64,000 nt of DNA from Clostridia bacterium. GTDB lineage: Bacteria > Bacillota > Clostridia > Christensenellales > Borkfalkiaceae. The DNA lies in the NCBI GenBank assembly GCA_017463025.1, contig JAFTPZ010000005.1:408-64407 (forward strand), in the 5' to 3' direction. Positions 56,297-64,000 of the stretch are shown piece after piece. The notes beneath the pieces were generated by a model. That model made no database searches. It was not told the origin of the DNA and was given only the letters and a program-made list of their open reading frames with translations. A program made the translations under genes and the position numbers. Each line of letters starts with the position of its first letter. The first letter of the stretch is position 1.

Positions 56297-57214
56297 ATGC
56301 CTATTAAAATTCCCAACGATCTGCCTGCGGCAAAAATTTTACAAAGTGAAAATATTTTCGTAATGACGGAAACGCGCGCTATGACGCAGGATATCCGCCC
56401 TTTGCGCATACTCATTCTCAATCTAATGCCCAAAAAGATCGAAACGGAAACACAGTTTGCGCGGCTTCTCGGCAACACTCCTTTGCAGGTCGAGCCTACG
56501 TTGATACGCACTTCCACCCATCAATCGAAAAACGTGGCGGAAGAGCATTTGCTCGCCTTTTATAAAACGTTCAAGGACGTAAAGCACGAGAATTTCGACG
56601 GTATGATCATCACGGGCGCGCCTGTGGAGCTTATGGAATTTGAAGAAGTCGAATACTGGGACGAGCTTTGCGAGATCATGGAATGGAGCAAAACGCACGT
56701 ACACAGCACTCTGCATATCTGTTGGGCGTCGCAAGCGGGGCTCTACTATCATTACGGTATTCAAAAACGGCTTATGCCCGAAAAGGTATTCGGCGTATTC
56801 CCCCACCGCGTGGAATACAAATCCTCCATTCTTTTCCGCGGTTTCGACGAAACGTTTATGGTGCCGCAATCGCGCCACACCGAGTTCCGTCGCGAGGACG
56901 TGGAAAAGGTTTCGCAACTGAAAATTCTTGCCTCCTCGGAAAAAACGGGCGTTTACGCCGTATCCACCAAGAACGGTCGGCAAATCTTTGTTACGGGACA
57001 TTCGGAATACGACGCGGACAGCCTGAAAAACGAATATATCCGCGATCTTTCGCAGGGTAAGCCTATCAAAATACCCGAAAACTATTTCCCTGACGACGAC
57101 GAAACGCAACCGCCGATCGTTACGTGGCGCGCGCATGCGAATTTGCTCTTTTCCAACTGGCTCAATTATTTCGTATACCAAAGCACGCCGTACGATATCA
57201 AGCAGGTGAAGTGA
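56297..57214 (+). CDS. metA: Homoserine O-acyltransferase (MetA family)
   Basis: Canonical start [11 protein letters not shown] and active-site Cys context HICWASQAG. 305 aa. Confidence 0.9.
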   Translation: MPIKIPNDLPAAKILQSENIFVMTETRAMTQDIRPLRILILNLMPKKIETETQFARLLGNTPLQVEPTLIRTSTHQSKNVAEEHLLAFYKTFKDVKHENFDGMIITGAPVELMEFEEVEYWDELCEIMEWSKTHVHSTLHICWASQAGLYYHYGIQKRLMPEKVFGVFPHRVEYKSSILFRGFDETFMVPQSRHTEFRREDVEKVSQLKILASSEKTGVYAVSTKNGRQIFVTGHSEYDADSLKNEYIRDLSQGKPIKIPENYFPDDDETQPPIVTWRAHANLLFSNWLNYFVYQSTPYDIKQVK

Positions 57215-57216
57215 TC

Positions 57217-58011
57217 ATGATTTCGCGAAAGCTCGGCATTATTGCCGACTGCATAAAAAATCAAACGCCGGAAACCAACCTCCCTTTGATCAAAGAGGTT
57301 GGTTTCGACTGTTTTTTCACGCATCGTACGGACGAAAATACCATTCGCCTCTTAAAGCGTGAAAGCGAGCGGCTGGGCTTGGAGTTTGAATTTATCCACG
57401 GACCTTTGCACGGCTCGAACGATTTATGGCTCGCAGGCGACGCTTACAAGCCGCTTTTTGACGATATCCTGCAAACGATCGACAACGCCGCAAATTACGG
57501 CGTACGTACCGTTATTTTACACGTGTCGAGCGGTTGGACGCCGCCGCCCGTGTGCGATATAGGGCTTGGGCGGTTTGACAGTATCGTGGAATACGCGGCA
57601 AAGCGCGGCGTTATGCTTGCCTTGGAAAACTTACGCAAGCTCGGCAATCTCGCCTGTCTTATGGAGCGTTACGAAAACGTAGATAACGTGGGATTTTGCT
57701 ACGACTGTGGGCATGAGCATTGTTATACGAAAACCGTACCCTTTCTCGATCTGTACCACGATAAGCTACTTTGCACGCATATCCACGACAACTTCGGAAA
57801 AACGGACGATCCAAGCGCCAACGACGATCTGCATTTATTGCCCTTTGACGGCAATCTCGATTTTGCAAGGGCAGCGAACAAGTGGAACGAATACGGCTAC
57901 AAAGGCTCGTTGATGCTCGAAGTATTCAATCACCGCATTTATGACAAAATGCCGCCGAAAGACTTCCTCACGCTGGCATTTGAAAAATTGAAAAAATTAC
58001 AAAGCTTATAA
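57217..58011 (+). CDS. Xylose-isomerase-like TIM-barrel protein (sugar phosphate isomerase/epimerase family)
   Basis: I chose the ATG at 57217, 2 nt after the metA stop. Motifs LALENL, CYDCGHEH and HIHDN. Confidence 0.65.
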   Translation: MISRKLGIIADCIKNQTPETNLPLIKEVGFDCFFTHRTDENTIRLLKRESERLGLEFEFIHGPLHGSNDLWLAGDAYKPLFDDILQTIDNAANYGVRTVILHVSSGWTPPPVCDIGLGRFDSIVEYAAKRGVMLALENLRKLGNLACLMERYENVDNVGFCYDCGHEHCYTKTVPFLDLYHDKLLCTHIHDNFGKTDDPSANDDLHLLPFDGNLDFARAANKWNEYGYKGSLMLEVFNHRIYDKMPPKDFLTLAFEKLKKLQSL

Positions 58012-58046
58012 TAAAAACCGCGGCTTCTTGCAACCGCGGTCGTTTT

Positions 58047-58751
58047 TTATTTTATTAAATCTTTTATCACTTCGCTTGCTATGATCAGTCCTGCCACGGA
58101 GGGCACGAACGCGATACTTGCAGGCACGGGCTTTCCGTTTTCGTTTTTTTGCGGCTCGCCTTGCGGTTCTTCCTTGGAGTAGACCACTTTCACGTGCTCG
58201 ATACCCCGTTTTTTCAGCTCGCGGCGCATCACTCTTGCCAGCGGACAAACGCTCGTTTTGGAAATATCCGCCACCGTAAACGCCGTGGGATCGAGCTTAT
58301 TGCCCGCCCCCATCGCGGAAATCACGGGTACGTTCGCCGCCTTTGCCTTTTCGATCAAAGCGAGCTTGCCCGATACGGTGTCGATCGCGTCGATCACGTA
58401 ATCGTAGCGTGAAAAATCGAACGTTTCCGCCGTTTCGGGCAGAAAAAACACGTTATGCGTGCGTACTTCGATTTCGGGGTTGATATCCCTCGCGCGTGCC
58501 GCCGCCACCTCCGTTTTCAGCTTTCCGAGCGTAGAATGGAGGGCAATGATCTGACGATTGATATTCGATTCGCTCACCACGTCGTTATCGACCAAATCAA
58601 GCGTGCCCACGCCGCTTCGTGCAAGTGCTTCCACCGCGTAGCCGCCGACGCCGCCCACGCCGAACACCGCCACGCGCGCTTTTTTAAGTTTTTCCAGCGC
58701 CGCCACGCCGATCAATCGTTCCGTTCTTGAAAAGATTTCCATATTATTCAC
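58047..58751 (-). CDS. tcdA: ThiF-family E1-like enzyme, probably tRNA threonylcarbamoyladenosine dehydratase
   Basis: VFGVGGVGGYAVEALARSGVG nucleotide loop. 234 aa, with no rhodanese or MoeB extension. Confidence 0.7.
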   Translation of the reverse strand: MNNMEIFSRTERLIGVAALEKLKKARVAVFGVGGVGGYAVEALARSGVGTLDLVDNDVVSESNINRQIIALHSTLGKLKTEVAAARARDINPEIEVRTHNVFFLPETAETFDFSRYDYVIDAIDTVSGKLALIEKAKAANVPVISAMGAGNKLDPTAFTVADISKTSVCPLARVMRRELKKRGIEHVKVVYSKEEPQGEPQKNENGKPVPASIAFVPSVAGLIIASEVIKDLIK

Positions 58752-59910
58752 TCCAATAGCTTGGCATTGTGCGATTATTCTTAAACCATTCGGTATCCTT
58801 AAACAACGTATTGTTATTCGAGCATTGCACTTTCACCTCGCCGCCGTCGGACGTTACCACGATATTTCCGTTCAAAGATTCGTAACCGTTTTCGTTATCC
58901 GAAACGATCGTCGTTACGTACACCTTATCCGTATACGGCGCAACGCGATCGACGAACGCTTGCGAAGGAAACATATTCGCGATATTATCGGTGTATTCGT
59001 CGCTACCGCAACAACAGCACACGCACACGATCTCGGGCTGTATCACTTCAAGTAACTCTGCCGTGGACGAGGTAGGACTGCCGTGGTGTCCGCCCTTGAA
59101 CAATTTGCACGTGGGCAAGCTGTTATTTTCCACAAGCGATTCCTCGCCCTCGTGTTCTAAATCTCCCGTGAATAAATAGTGATTATTACCCTGCGAAAGG
59201 AGCACGCAAACGGAATAGTCGTTCTCGTCGCTCGTTTTCTCTTCATAAAATTTTTGATAAAGAATATTCAACGTGATGCCGTCCGTCAGCTCGTAGCTAC
59301 GCTTTGCGCCGCTAACATTATTCCAACATTCGAGCGCGGTGTAATGCACCGCTCCTGCCGCCACCTCCTGATCGCGCAAAGCCTCGTAATCTTTTCGAAT
59401 CTGCGAGGTTCTGTCCGACAAGGGATAATCAATGATCGTTTCACAGACAAAACTTTCGAACACGCCGTCTACGCTCGTCGTACCGACAAATCCTGCAATA
59501 TGATCTTCATGCGCGTGCGTAGCGATTACGTATTCCAAAATTCCGTCCGTGCAATATTCTTGTATATACGGCACGATCGTTTCCGCCGAGCCTTTTCTTG
59601 ATCCTGCGTCAATTAAAACCTCGGTGTTTCCCGTTTTTATCAAAGTGCAATCACCCGTATATTTATTTCCAAGCTCTAAAAAATGTATTTGCAGATCGTC
59701 TGTAATAATATCCTCTTGTGTTTTGTCCTGCGGAATAATACCGTCTAAAAACGGGATATGGATCACGCCTTTTTTATGCAGAACGCACGTGCCCACGATC
59801 GCAACGACGAGCAATATCGCGACCAACACCAAAAACGGGTGTTTTTTCGCCGCCCTTTTCGCCGCTTTTTCTACCTTTTTTTGTACTTTTTTATTTTTCT
59901 TTTTTGCCAT
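58744..59910 (-). CDS. Membrane-anchored MBL-fold hydrolase (ComEC C-terminal-domain-like)
   Basis: I chose the ATG at 59910 (MAKKKNKK), which has a GAGGGAG RBS. TM FLVLVAILLVVAIVGTCV and HxHxDH motif ATHAHEDHIAG. Confidence 0.75.
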   Translation of the reverse strand: MAKKKNKKVQKKVEKAAKRAAKKHPFLVLVAILLVVAIVGTCVLHKKGVIHIPFLDGIIPQDKTQEDIITDDLQIHFLELGNKYTGDCTLIKTGNTEVLIDAGSRKGSAETIVPYIQEYCTDGILEYVIATHAHEDHIAGFVGTTSVDGVFESFVCETIIDYPLSDRTSQIRKDYEALRDQEVAAGAVHYTALECWNNVSGAKRSYELTDGITLNILYQKFYEEKTSDENDYSVCVLLSQGNNHYLFTGDLEHEGEESLVENNSLPTCKLFKGGHHGSPTSSTAELLEVIQPEIVCVCCCCGSDEYTDNIANMFPSQAFVDRVAPYTDKVYVTTIVSDNENGYESLNGNIVVTSDGGEVKVQCSNNNTLFKDTEWFKNNRTMPSYWSE

Positions 59911-59925
59911 ACTCCCTCTTTTTTG

Positions 59926-59957
59926 CAAAAACCGCCGTCGTTATTCGCGACGGCGGT
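59926..59957 (-). terminator. Intrinsic terminator after the glycyl-radical-domain gene
   Basis: accgccgtcg-ttattcg-cgacggcggt (perfect 10-bp stem). On the minus strand it is followed by TTTTG. Confidence 0.7.
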
Positions 59958-59997
59958 TTCGCCTATACTATAATTTCTTTTTCTTTTCCAAGACCGT

Positions 59998-60231
59998 TTA
60001 CATAGATTCGTGAATGGTTCTGGAAATAACGTCGTCCTGCTGTTCTTTCGTGAGTTTAATGAAGTTTACAGCATAACCCGATACGCGAATGGTAAGCTGG
60101 GGATACTTTTCAGGGTGTGCCTGCGCGTCCAAAAGCGTATCACGGTTGAAAACGTTTACGTTGAGATGGTAGCCGCCGTCGCCGACGTAACCGTCTAACA
60201 TGTTCACCAAATTATCTACTCTGTTCGACAT
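59998..60231 (-). CDS. Stand-alone glycyl-radical domain (GrcA/YfiD-like), corresponding to the C-terminus of pyruvate formate-lyase
   Basis: 77 aa ending ..[37 protein letters not shown] (RVSGYAV glycyl-radical motif). It has its own AAGGAG RBS, 8 nt upstream of the ATG. Confidence 0.9.
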   Translation of the reverse strand: MSNRVDNLVNMLDGYVGDGGYHLNVNVFNRDTLLDAQAHPEKYPQLTIRVSGYAVNFIKLTKEQQDDVISRTIHESM

Positions 60232-60270
60232 ATTCTTATCTCCTTTTTATTTTATTATATGCTTTTGCCC

Positions 60271-62304
60271 TCAATCCTCTTTACCGAGCGATCCGGGCGT
60301 AATCGAGAAGGTGTTGGAAATACCGTCTCTCGAATACTCGTAGGGAAGTTTTGCAACAGATTCCAGCGACGCCAAAGCACCGTTGCAATCTCTGCCGTGC
60401 ATAGGGTTCGCCCCAGGGGCAAGCGGCGTACCGCCTCTTCTGCCGTCGGGCGTGTTACCCGTCTTTTTACCGTATACGACGTTCGACGTGATCGTAAGGA
60501 TCGAGGTCGTCGGAACGCTGTCGCGATAGGTGTAGTGGCTCTTAACCTTCTTCATAAACGTCTTCAAAAGCCATACTGCAAGTTCGTCCGCTCTATCGTC
60601 GTTGTTGCCGTATTTGGGGAATTCGCCCTCGATACGGAAATCTACCACGATACCGTCCTCGTTACGGATCGGATAAACCTTTGCGTACTTGATCGCCGAC
60701 AGGGAGTCCGCCGCGCAGGAAAGACCTGCGATACCCGTTGCGAAGAAACGACGTACGTTCGTGTCGTGCAAGGACATTTCAAGCGCTTCATAGCTATACT
60801 TATCGTGCATATAGTGGATAAGGTTGAGCGTGTTCACGTAAAGGTCGGCAAGCCACGTCATCATATTGTCGAATTTCGCGGTAACTTCATTGAAGTCAAG
60901 CGCGTCGTTGCTCGTGATCGCCGCAAATTCGGGAGAAACCTGCATGGGTTTGCCCGTCTTTTTGTCTTTCATCAGCTCGTCTTTACCGCCGTTGATAGCA
61001 TACAGCAAGCATTTTGCAAGGTTTGCTCTCGCGCCGAAGAACTGCATATCTTTACCCACTTTCATACAGCTTACACAGCAAGCGATCGCATAGTCGTCGC
61101 CCATTTCGGGACGCATCAGATCGTCGCTCTCATACTGAATGGAGGAGGTACGAATGGAAATTTCCGCGCAGTATCTCTTGAACGCAACGGGCAATCTCTT
61201 GGACCAAAGCACCGTGAGGTTGGGTTCGGGTGCAGGGCCGAGGTTGTCGAGCGTGTGCAGGATACGGAACGCCGTTTTCGTAACGAGCGATCTGCCGTCT
61301 ACGCCCATACCGCCGATGGATTCGGTAACCCACGTGGGGTCGCCGGAGAAAAGTTCGTTGTATTCTTTCGTTCTCATAAACTTCACAATACGAAGCTTCA
61401 TAACGAAATGATCGATAAATTCCTGCGCCTGTTCTTCGGTGATAAGACCTTTTTGCAAGTCGCGTTCGATATAAATATCGAGGAACGTCGTGTTTCTACC
61501 GATAGACATTGCCGCGCCGTTCTGATCTTTAACTGCCGCAAGATAGCCAAAGTACAGAGCTTGGATCGCCTGTTGCGCCGTTTCAGCCGGTTTGGAAATA
61601 TCGCAACCGTAGATCGCCGCCATTTCTTTGAGCGCGTTCAAAGCTTTGATTTGATCTGCGATCTCTTCGCGGTTTCTAACCTTATCGGGCGTCATATCGC
61701 CGTTGATCGCAAGTTTATCCTCTTCCTTTTTCTTGATGAGGTAATCCACGCCGTAAAGCGCAACACGACGATAATCGCCGATAATACGACCACGACCGTA
61801 CGCGTCGGGCAAACCCGTCAAAATGTGCGCCGAACGCGCCGCTCTCATTTCAGGCGTATACGCGTCGAAAACGCCCTCGTTGTGCGTTTTACGGTATTTC
61901 GTGAAGATCTCTTTTACTTGAGGATCGATCTTATAGCCGTACATTTCCAACGCGCCCTCCGACATACGGATACCGCCGAACGGCTGCAAAGCGCGTTTGA
62001 ACGGTTCGTCCGTTTGCAGACCTACGATCGTTTCGAGATCTTTGTCAAGATACCCTGCGCCGTGCGAGGTGAGCGTGGAAACGATCTTCGTATCCGCGTT
62101 CAAAACGCCGCCTGCTTCGCGCTCTTTCTTGGACAGATCGCAAACGATCTGCCAAAGTTTTTTCGTCGCTTCCGTTGCGGGAGCGAGGAATTTGGAATCG
62201 CCTTCATACGGCGTGTAGTTGTGCTGAATGAAATCGCGCACGTCGATTTCGTCATTGCACCATTTTCCGGGAACAAATCCTTCCCAACCTTTGTATTGCA
62301 TCAT
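60271..62304 (-). CDS. pflB: Pyruvate formate-lyase catalytic core lacking the glycyl-radical domain
   Basis: 677 aa with the catalytic Cys-Cys in [29 protein letters not shown]. It ends ..[12 protein letters not shown], just before where the radical domain normally begins. Confidence 0.92.
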   Translation of the reverse strand: MMQYKGWEGFVPGKWCNDEIDVRDFIQHNYTPYEGDSKFLAPATEATKKLWQIVCDLSKKEREAGGVLNADTKIVSTLTSHGAGYLDKDLETIVGLQTDEPFKRALQPFGGIRMSEGALEMYGYKIDPQVKEIFTKYRKTHNEGVFDAYTPEMRAARSAHILTGLPDAYGRGRIIGDYRRVALYGVDYLIKKKEEDKLAINGDMTPDKVRNREEIADQIKALNALKEMAAIYGCDISKPAETAQQAIQALYFGYLAAVKDQNGAAMSIGRNTTFLDIYIERDLQKGLITEEQAQEFIDHFVMKLRIVKFMRTKEYNELFSGDPTWVTESIGGMGVDGRSLVTKTAFRILHTLDNLGPAPEPNLTVLWSKRLPVAFKRYCAEISIRTSSIQYESDDLMRPEMGDDYAIACCVSCMKVGKDMQFFGARANLAKCLLYAINGGKDELMKDKKTGKPMQVSPEFAAITSNDALDFNEVTAKFDNMMTWLADLYVNTLNLIHYMHDKYSYEALEMSLHDTNVRRFFATGIAGLSCAADSLSAIKYAKVYPIRNEDGIVVDFRIEGEFPKYGNNDDRADELAVWLLKTFMKKVKSHYTYRDSVPTTSILTITSNVVYGKKTGNTPDGRRGGTPLAPGANPMHGRDCNGALASLESVAKLPYEYSRDGISNTFSITPGSLGKED

Positions 62305-62361
62305 ATCAGTACTCCTAATAATTTTTTTTGACTATATTATTTCCCCTTGCGGGTTTCGTCC

Positions 62362-62673
62362 TTATTGATTCTTGCGCTCTTCTATCTTCGCGTCCAGCCA
62401 TATTTCAAGGATCTCCTCCGGCTGAAAGCCTGCGCACCGCGCGAAAATTTCACCGTCCTCCATTAAAAGGATCGTCGGCACGCGCGTTACGTCCCACTCT
62501 TCCATAAGCTCCGTCGTGGAAAAGTCCGCCTCGATATGCACGAGCTTGATATCGTCGCGTTTAGAGCACAACTCTTGTAAGATCGGCATAAGCGTCAAGC
62601 AATTCGCGCACGACTCGCCGCTGATCTCCACACAGCAAAGCCCTTTTAATTGTTCTTGGTATTTCTCTTTCAC
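62362..62673 (-). CDS. Thioredoxin-fold protein with a CANC (CxxC) motif
   Basis: 103 aa containing VEISGESCANCLTLMPIL, with a thioredoxin-like secondary-structure pattern. Its ATG abuts the pflA stop. Confidence 0.7.
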   Translation of the reverse strand: MKEKYQEQLKGLCCVEISGESCANCLTLMPILQELCSKRDDIKLVHIEADFSTTELMEEWDVTRVPTILLMEDGEIFARCAGFQPEEILEIWLDAKIEERKNQ

Positions 62674-63393
62674 TTACCCTTGTCCTCTTAAAATTTCTTT
62701 CGCTTTCGCCACGCTCTCTTTCGTCGGCGTTTCCACGCCTTTGAGCGGATACTCTATCCCGAGTTTTTCGTATTTCACGACGCCCATCGTGTGGTAGGGC
62801 AACACCTCCACCCTCTCGACCGTTTTCAATTCGTCCAAGAACGCGCGCGTCCGTTTGAGCGATTCCTCACCGTCCGTGATATTCGGTACGAGCACCTGAC
62901 GTATCCACATCTTTTTGCCGTTATCGCTTAAAAATCTCGCGAACGCCAACGTGTTTCGATTGCTTTGTCCCGTCAGCTTTTTACAAGCCTCGTCGTCGAT
63001 ATGCTTGATATCGAGCAGGAATAAATCCGTTACTTCCAAAAGCTTTTCGTGTTTTTCTTGGCTTTGGGGGGTAAAGGTGATCCCCGAAGTGTCTACGCAA
63101 GTGTGAATACCCTTGGCTTTGAGAATGGTAAACAGTTCGATCACGAAATCGATTTGGAGCAGAGGCTCTCCGCCCGTAACCGTAACGCCGCCGTTGTCGC
63201 CGAAATAGTTTTTGTATTTGAGCGCCCTCGCCGCCACGTCCGCCGCCGTATGTTCCTCGCCGCTCGACTTCCAAGTGTCGGGATTATGACAATACTGACA
63301 GCGCAAGGGACAACCTTGCAAAAACACCACGAACCGTATCCCCGGGCCGTCTACCGTGCCAAAGGATTCGAAAGAATGAATACGTCCTACCAT
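62674..63393 (-). CDS. pflA: Pyruvate formate-lyase activating enzyme (radical SAM)
   Basis: CPLRCQYCHNPDTW (CX3CX2C) and GGVTVTGGEPLLQ. 239 aa, with a GGAGGAG RBS. Confidence 0.93.
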   Translation of the reverse strand: MVGRIHSFESFGTVDGPGIRFVVFLQGCPLRCQYCHNPDTWKSSGEEHTAADVAARALKYKNYFGDNGGVTVTGGEPLLQIDFVIELFTILKAKGIHTCVDTSGITFTPQSQEKHEKLLEVTDLFLLDIKHIDDEACKKLTGQSNRNTLAFARFLSDNGKKMWIRQVLVPNITDGEESLKRTRAFLDELKTVERVEVLPYHTMGVVKYEKLGIEYPLKGVETPTKESVAKAKEILRGQG

Positions 63394-63427
63394 CGTTTTC
63401 TCCTCCTATGTATAAGCCCGTTTTCCC

Positions 63428-63462
63428 AAAAAAAGGCGGTACACGCGTGTCCGCGCGCCGCC
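63428..63462 (-). terminator. Terminator-like hairpin plus T7 run inside the pflA leader
   Basis: Minus strand: ggcggcgcgcggacacgcgtgtaccgcc, followed by ttttttt. It lies between the promoter at 63484-63512 and the pflA RBS. Confidence 0.5.
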
Positions 63463-63483
63463 CCAAGTGTTCTCACAGTTATT

Positions 63484-63512
63484 ATTATAACAGACGCGGC
63501 GCATTTTGTCAA
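63484..63512 (-). promoter_or_regulatory. Consensus sigma-70-type promoter upstream of pflA
   Basis: Minus strand: TTGACA, a 17-nt spacer, then TATAAT. Confidence 0.55.
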
Positions 63513-63600
63513 GCTTTTGTACGAATTATTTTTACATATTTATTATACACCTATTTTCACAAAAACTCAACGTTTCAGAGGCAAAAAAATTAAAAATTTT

Positions 63601-64000
63601 TCAAGAACGGAAAATAAATATTTTCCGACCGAGATAATTCCAAACGAGCACGAGGCAAGTCATGATCGCTTTGGCAAACCATTTCTCCCACGCCGTACCG
63701 AAAAGCGCCGTTTTTCCAAACAGCGTGATTTCGGGAAACGCGAAAACGAGCAACACCACGCCCAACTCGGTGATCGCAAGCCCGATCAAGCCGATGATCG
63801 CAAACACGGCGAACGGCTTTTTCGAACGTACGTCGATCTCCTCTTTCGTTTCGCGAAAAACGAACCGTACGGATAATATCCAATTCACCAACAATCCCAC
63901 GCAAAAACCGAGCGCGGTGGCAAGCACGAGCGCAACCGTTCCCCAGCGCTTTGGAAATATCCATGCGTCGAATACCCAAAACACGAGGTAATCGGCGAGC
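63601..64000 (-). CDS. GtrA-family membrane protein, 5' end beyond the window
   Basis: Two copies of the GtrA motif (NWILSVRFVF and WNYLGRKIFIF). The frame stays open past the track's GTG at 63984 to the window edge, and the first TM helix is missing. Confidence 0.7.
   Translation of the reverse strand, partial: LADYLVFWVFDAWIFPKRWGTVALVLATALGFCVGLLVNWILSVRFVFRETKEEIDVRSKKPFAVFAIIGLIGLAITELGVVLLVFAFPEITLFGKTALFGTAWEKWFAKAIMTCLVLVWNYLGRKIFIFRS

Noticed and set aside
60259-62331. A 690-aa plus-strand ORF covering the whole pflB locus
   Set aside because: It is exactly antisense to a gene with unmistakable PFL motifs. The product is Arg-rich and low-complexity, with no RBS or recognisable domain. 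Stop-free antisense frames are expected in GC-rich, codon-biased genes.
63542-63562. A TTGTGAA half-site resembling a Rex operator upstream of pflA
   Set aside because: The second half (GGTGTAT) does not match TTCACAA, so there is no palindrome. It more likely overlaps a TGTATAAT extended -10 box.

Overview
The window splits into two compositional blocks.

Block A (1 to ~12474) is visibly AT-rich, and every gene is on the minus strand. It is one end of a conjugative element (an ICE or an integrated conjugative plasmid) of the Firmicutes type. Read along the minus strand, from high to low coordinates, it encodes:
- an AEP PrimPol
- a small acidic ORF
- an ArdC-like zincin
- two unknown proteins
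- an RHH-like accessory protein
- a MobL-type relaxase
- a VirD4/TraG coupling protein
- a Cys-repeat surface protein
- two tandem pilin-like paralogues
- a VirB6-like membrane protein
- a PrgI-like ORF that is frame-broken and runs off the left edge

The distal ~1 kb of the element (11458-12464) is mostly non-coding. It holds a perfect 43-bp direct repeat duplicating the PrimPol start, a 40-aa signal-peptide ORF absent from the ORF track, a promoter-to-terminator unit containing a rod-like hairpin (candidate ncRNA), and a 59-aa zinc-ribbon ORF. The AT-rich block ends within a few bp of the 3' end of a GC-rich phage terminase large-subunit gene whose last nuclease motif looks cut. This suggests insertion into a prophage gene.

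Block B (~12475-64000) is GC-rich, with GGAGG-type ribosome binding sites and hairpin/T-run terminators typical of an anaerobic Clostridia-like Firmicute. It is mostly ordinary chromosome:
- mgtE
- a radC / histidine kinase / response regulator / HAD phosphatase / cysK string
- a PepV-like dipeptidase
- an FNT-like channel
- two flavoproteins
- a YegP-repeat protein
- DUF2207 and LemA
- a MacB-like ABC fusion with a MarR regulator
- two M18 aminopeptidases
- a SufC/SufD-like pair
- a transglutaminase-like lipoprotein
- galE
- a CNNM/CorC protein
- oppABCDF
- metY and metA
- a TcdA-like protein
- a ComEC-type MBL hydrolase
- a pflA / thioredoxin-like / pflB operon

Several items in block B look unusual:
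- Pyruvate formate-lyase is cleanly split into a 677-aa core and a separately translated 77-aa glycyl-radical domain.
- OppC carries a ~300-aa RCC1-like propeller insertion.
- The FNT-like channel is fused to a CPCC zinc-ribbon tail.
- The pflA leader contains a promoter-proximal terminator.
- A hairpin-rich repeat cluster lies at 26124-26340.

I recognised no rRNA, tRNA or CRISPR array. All homology statements come from motif recognition by eye, not from database searches.
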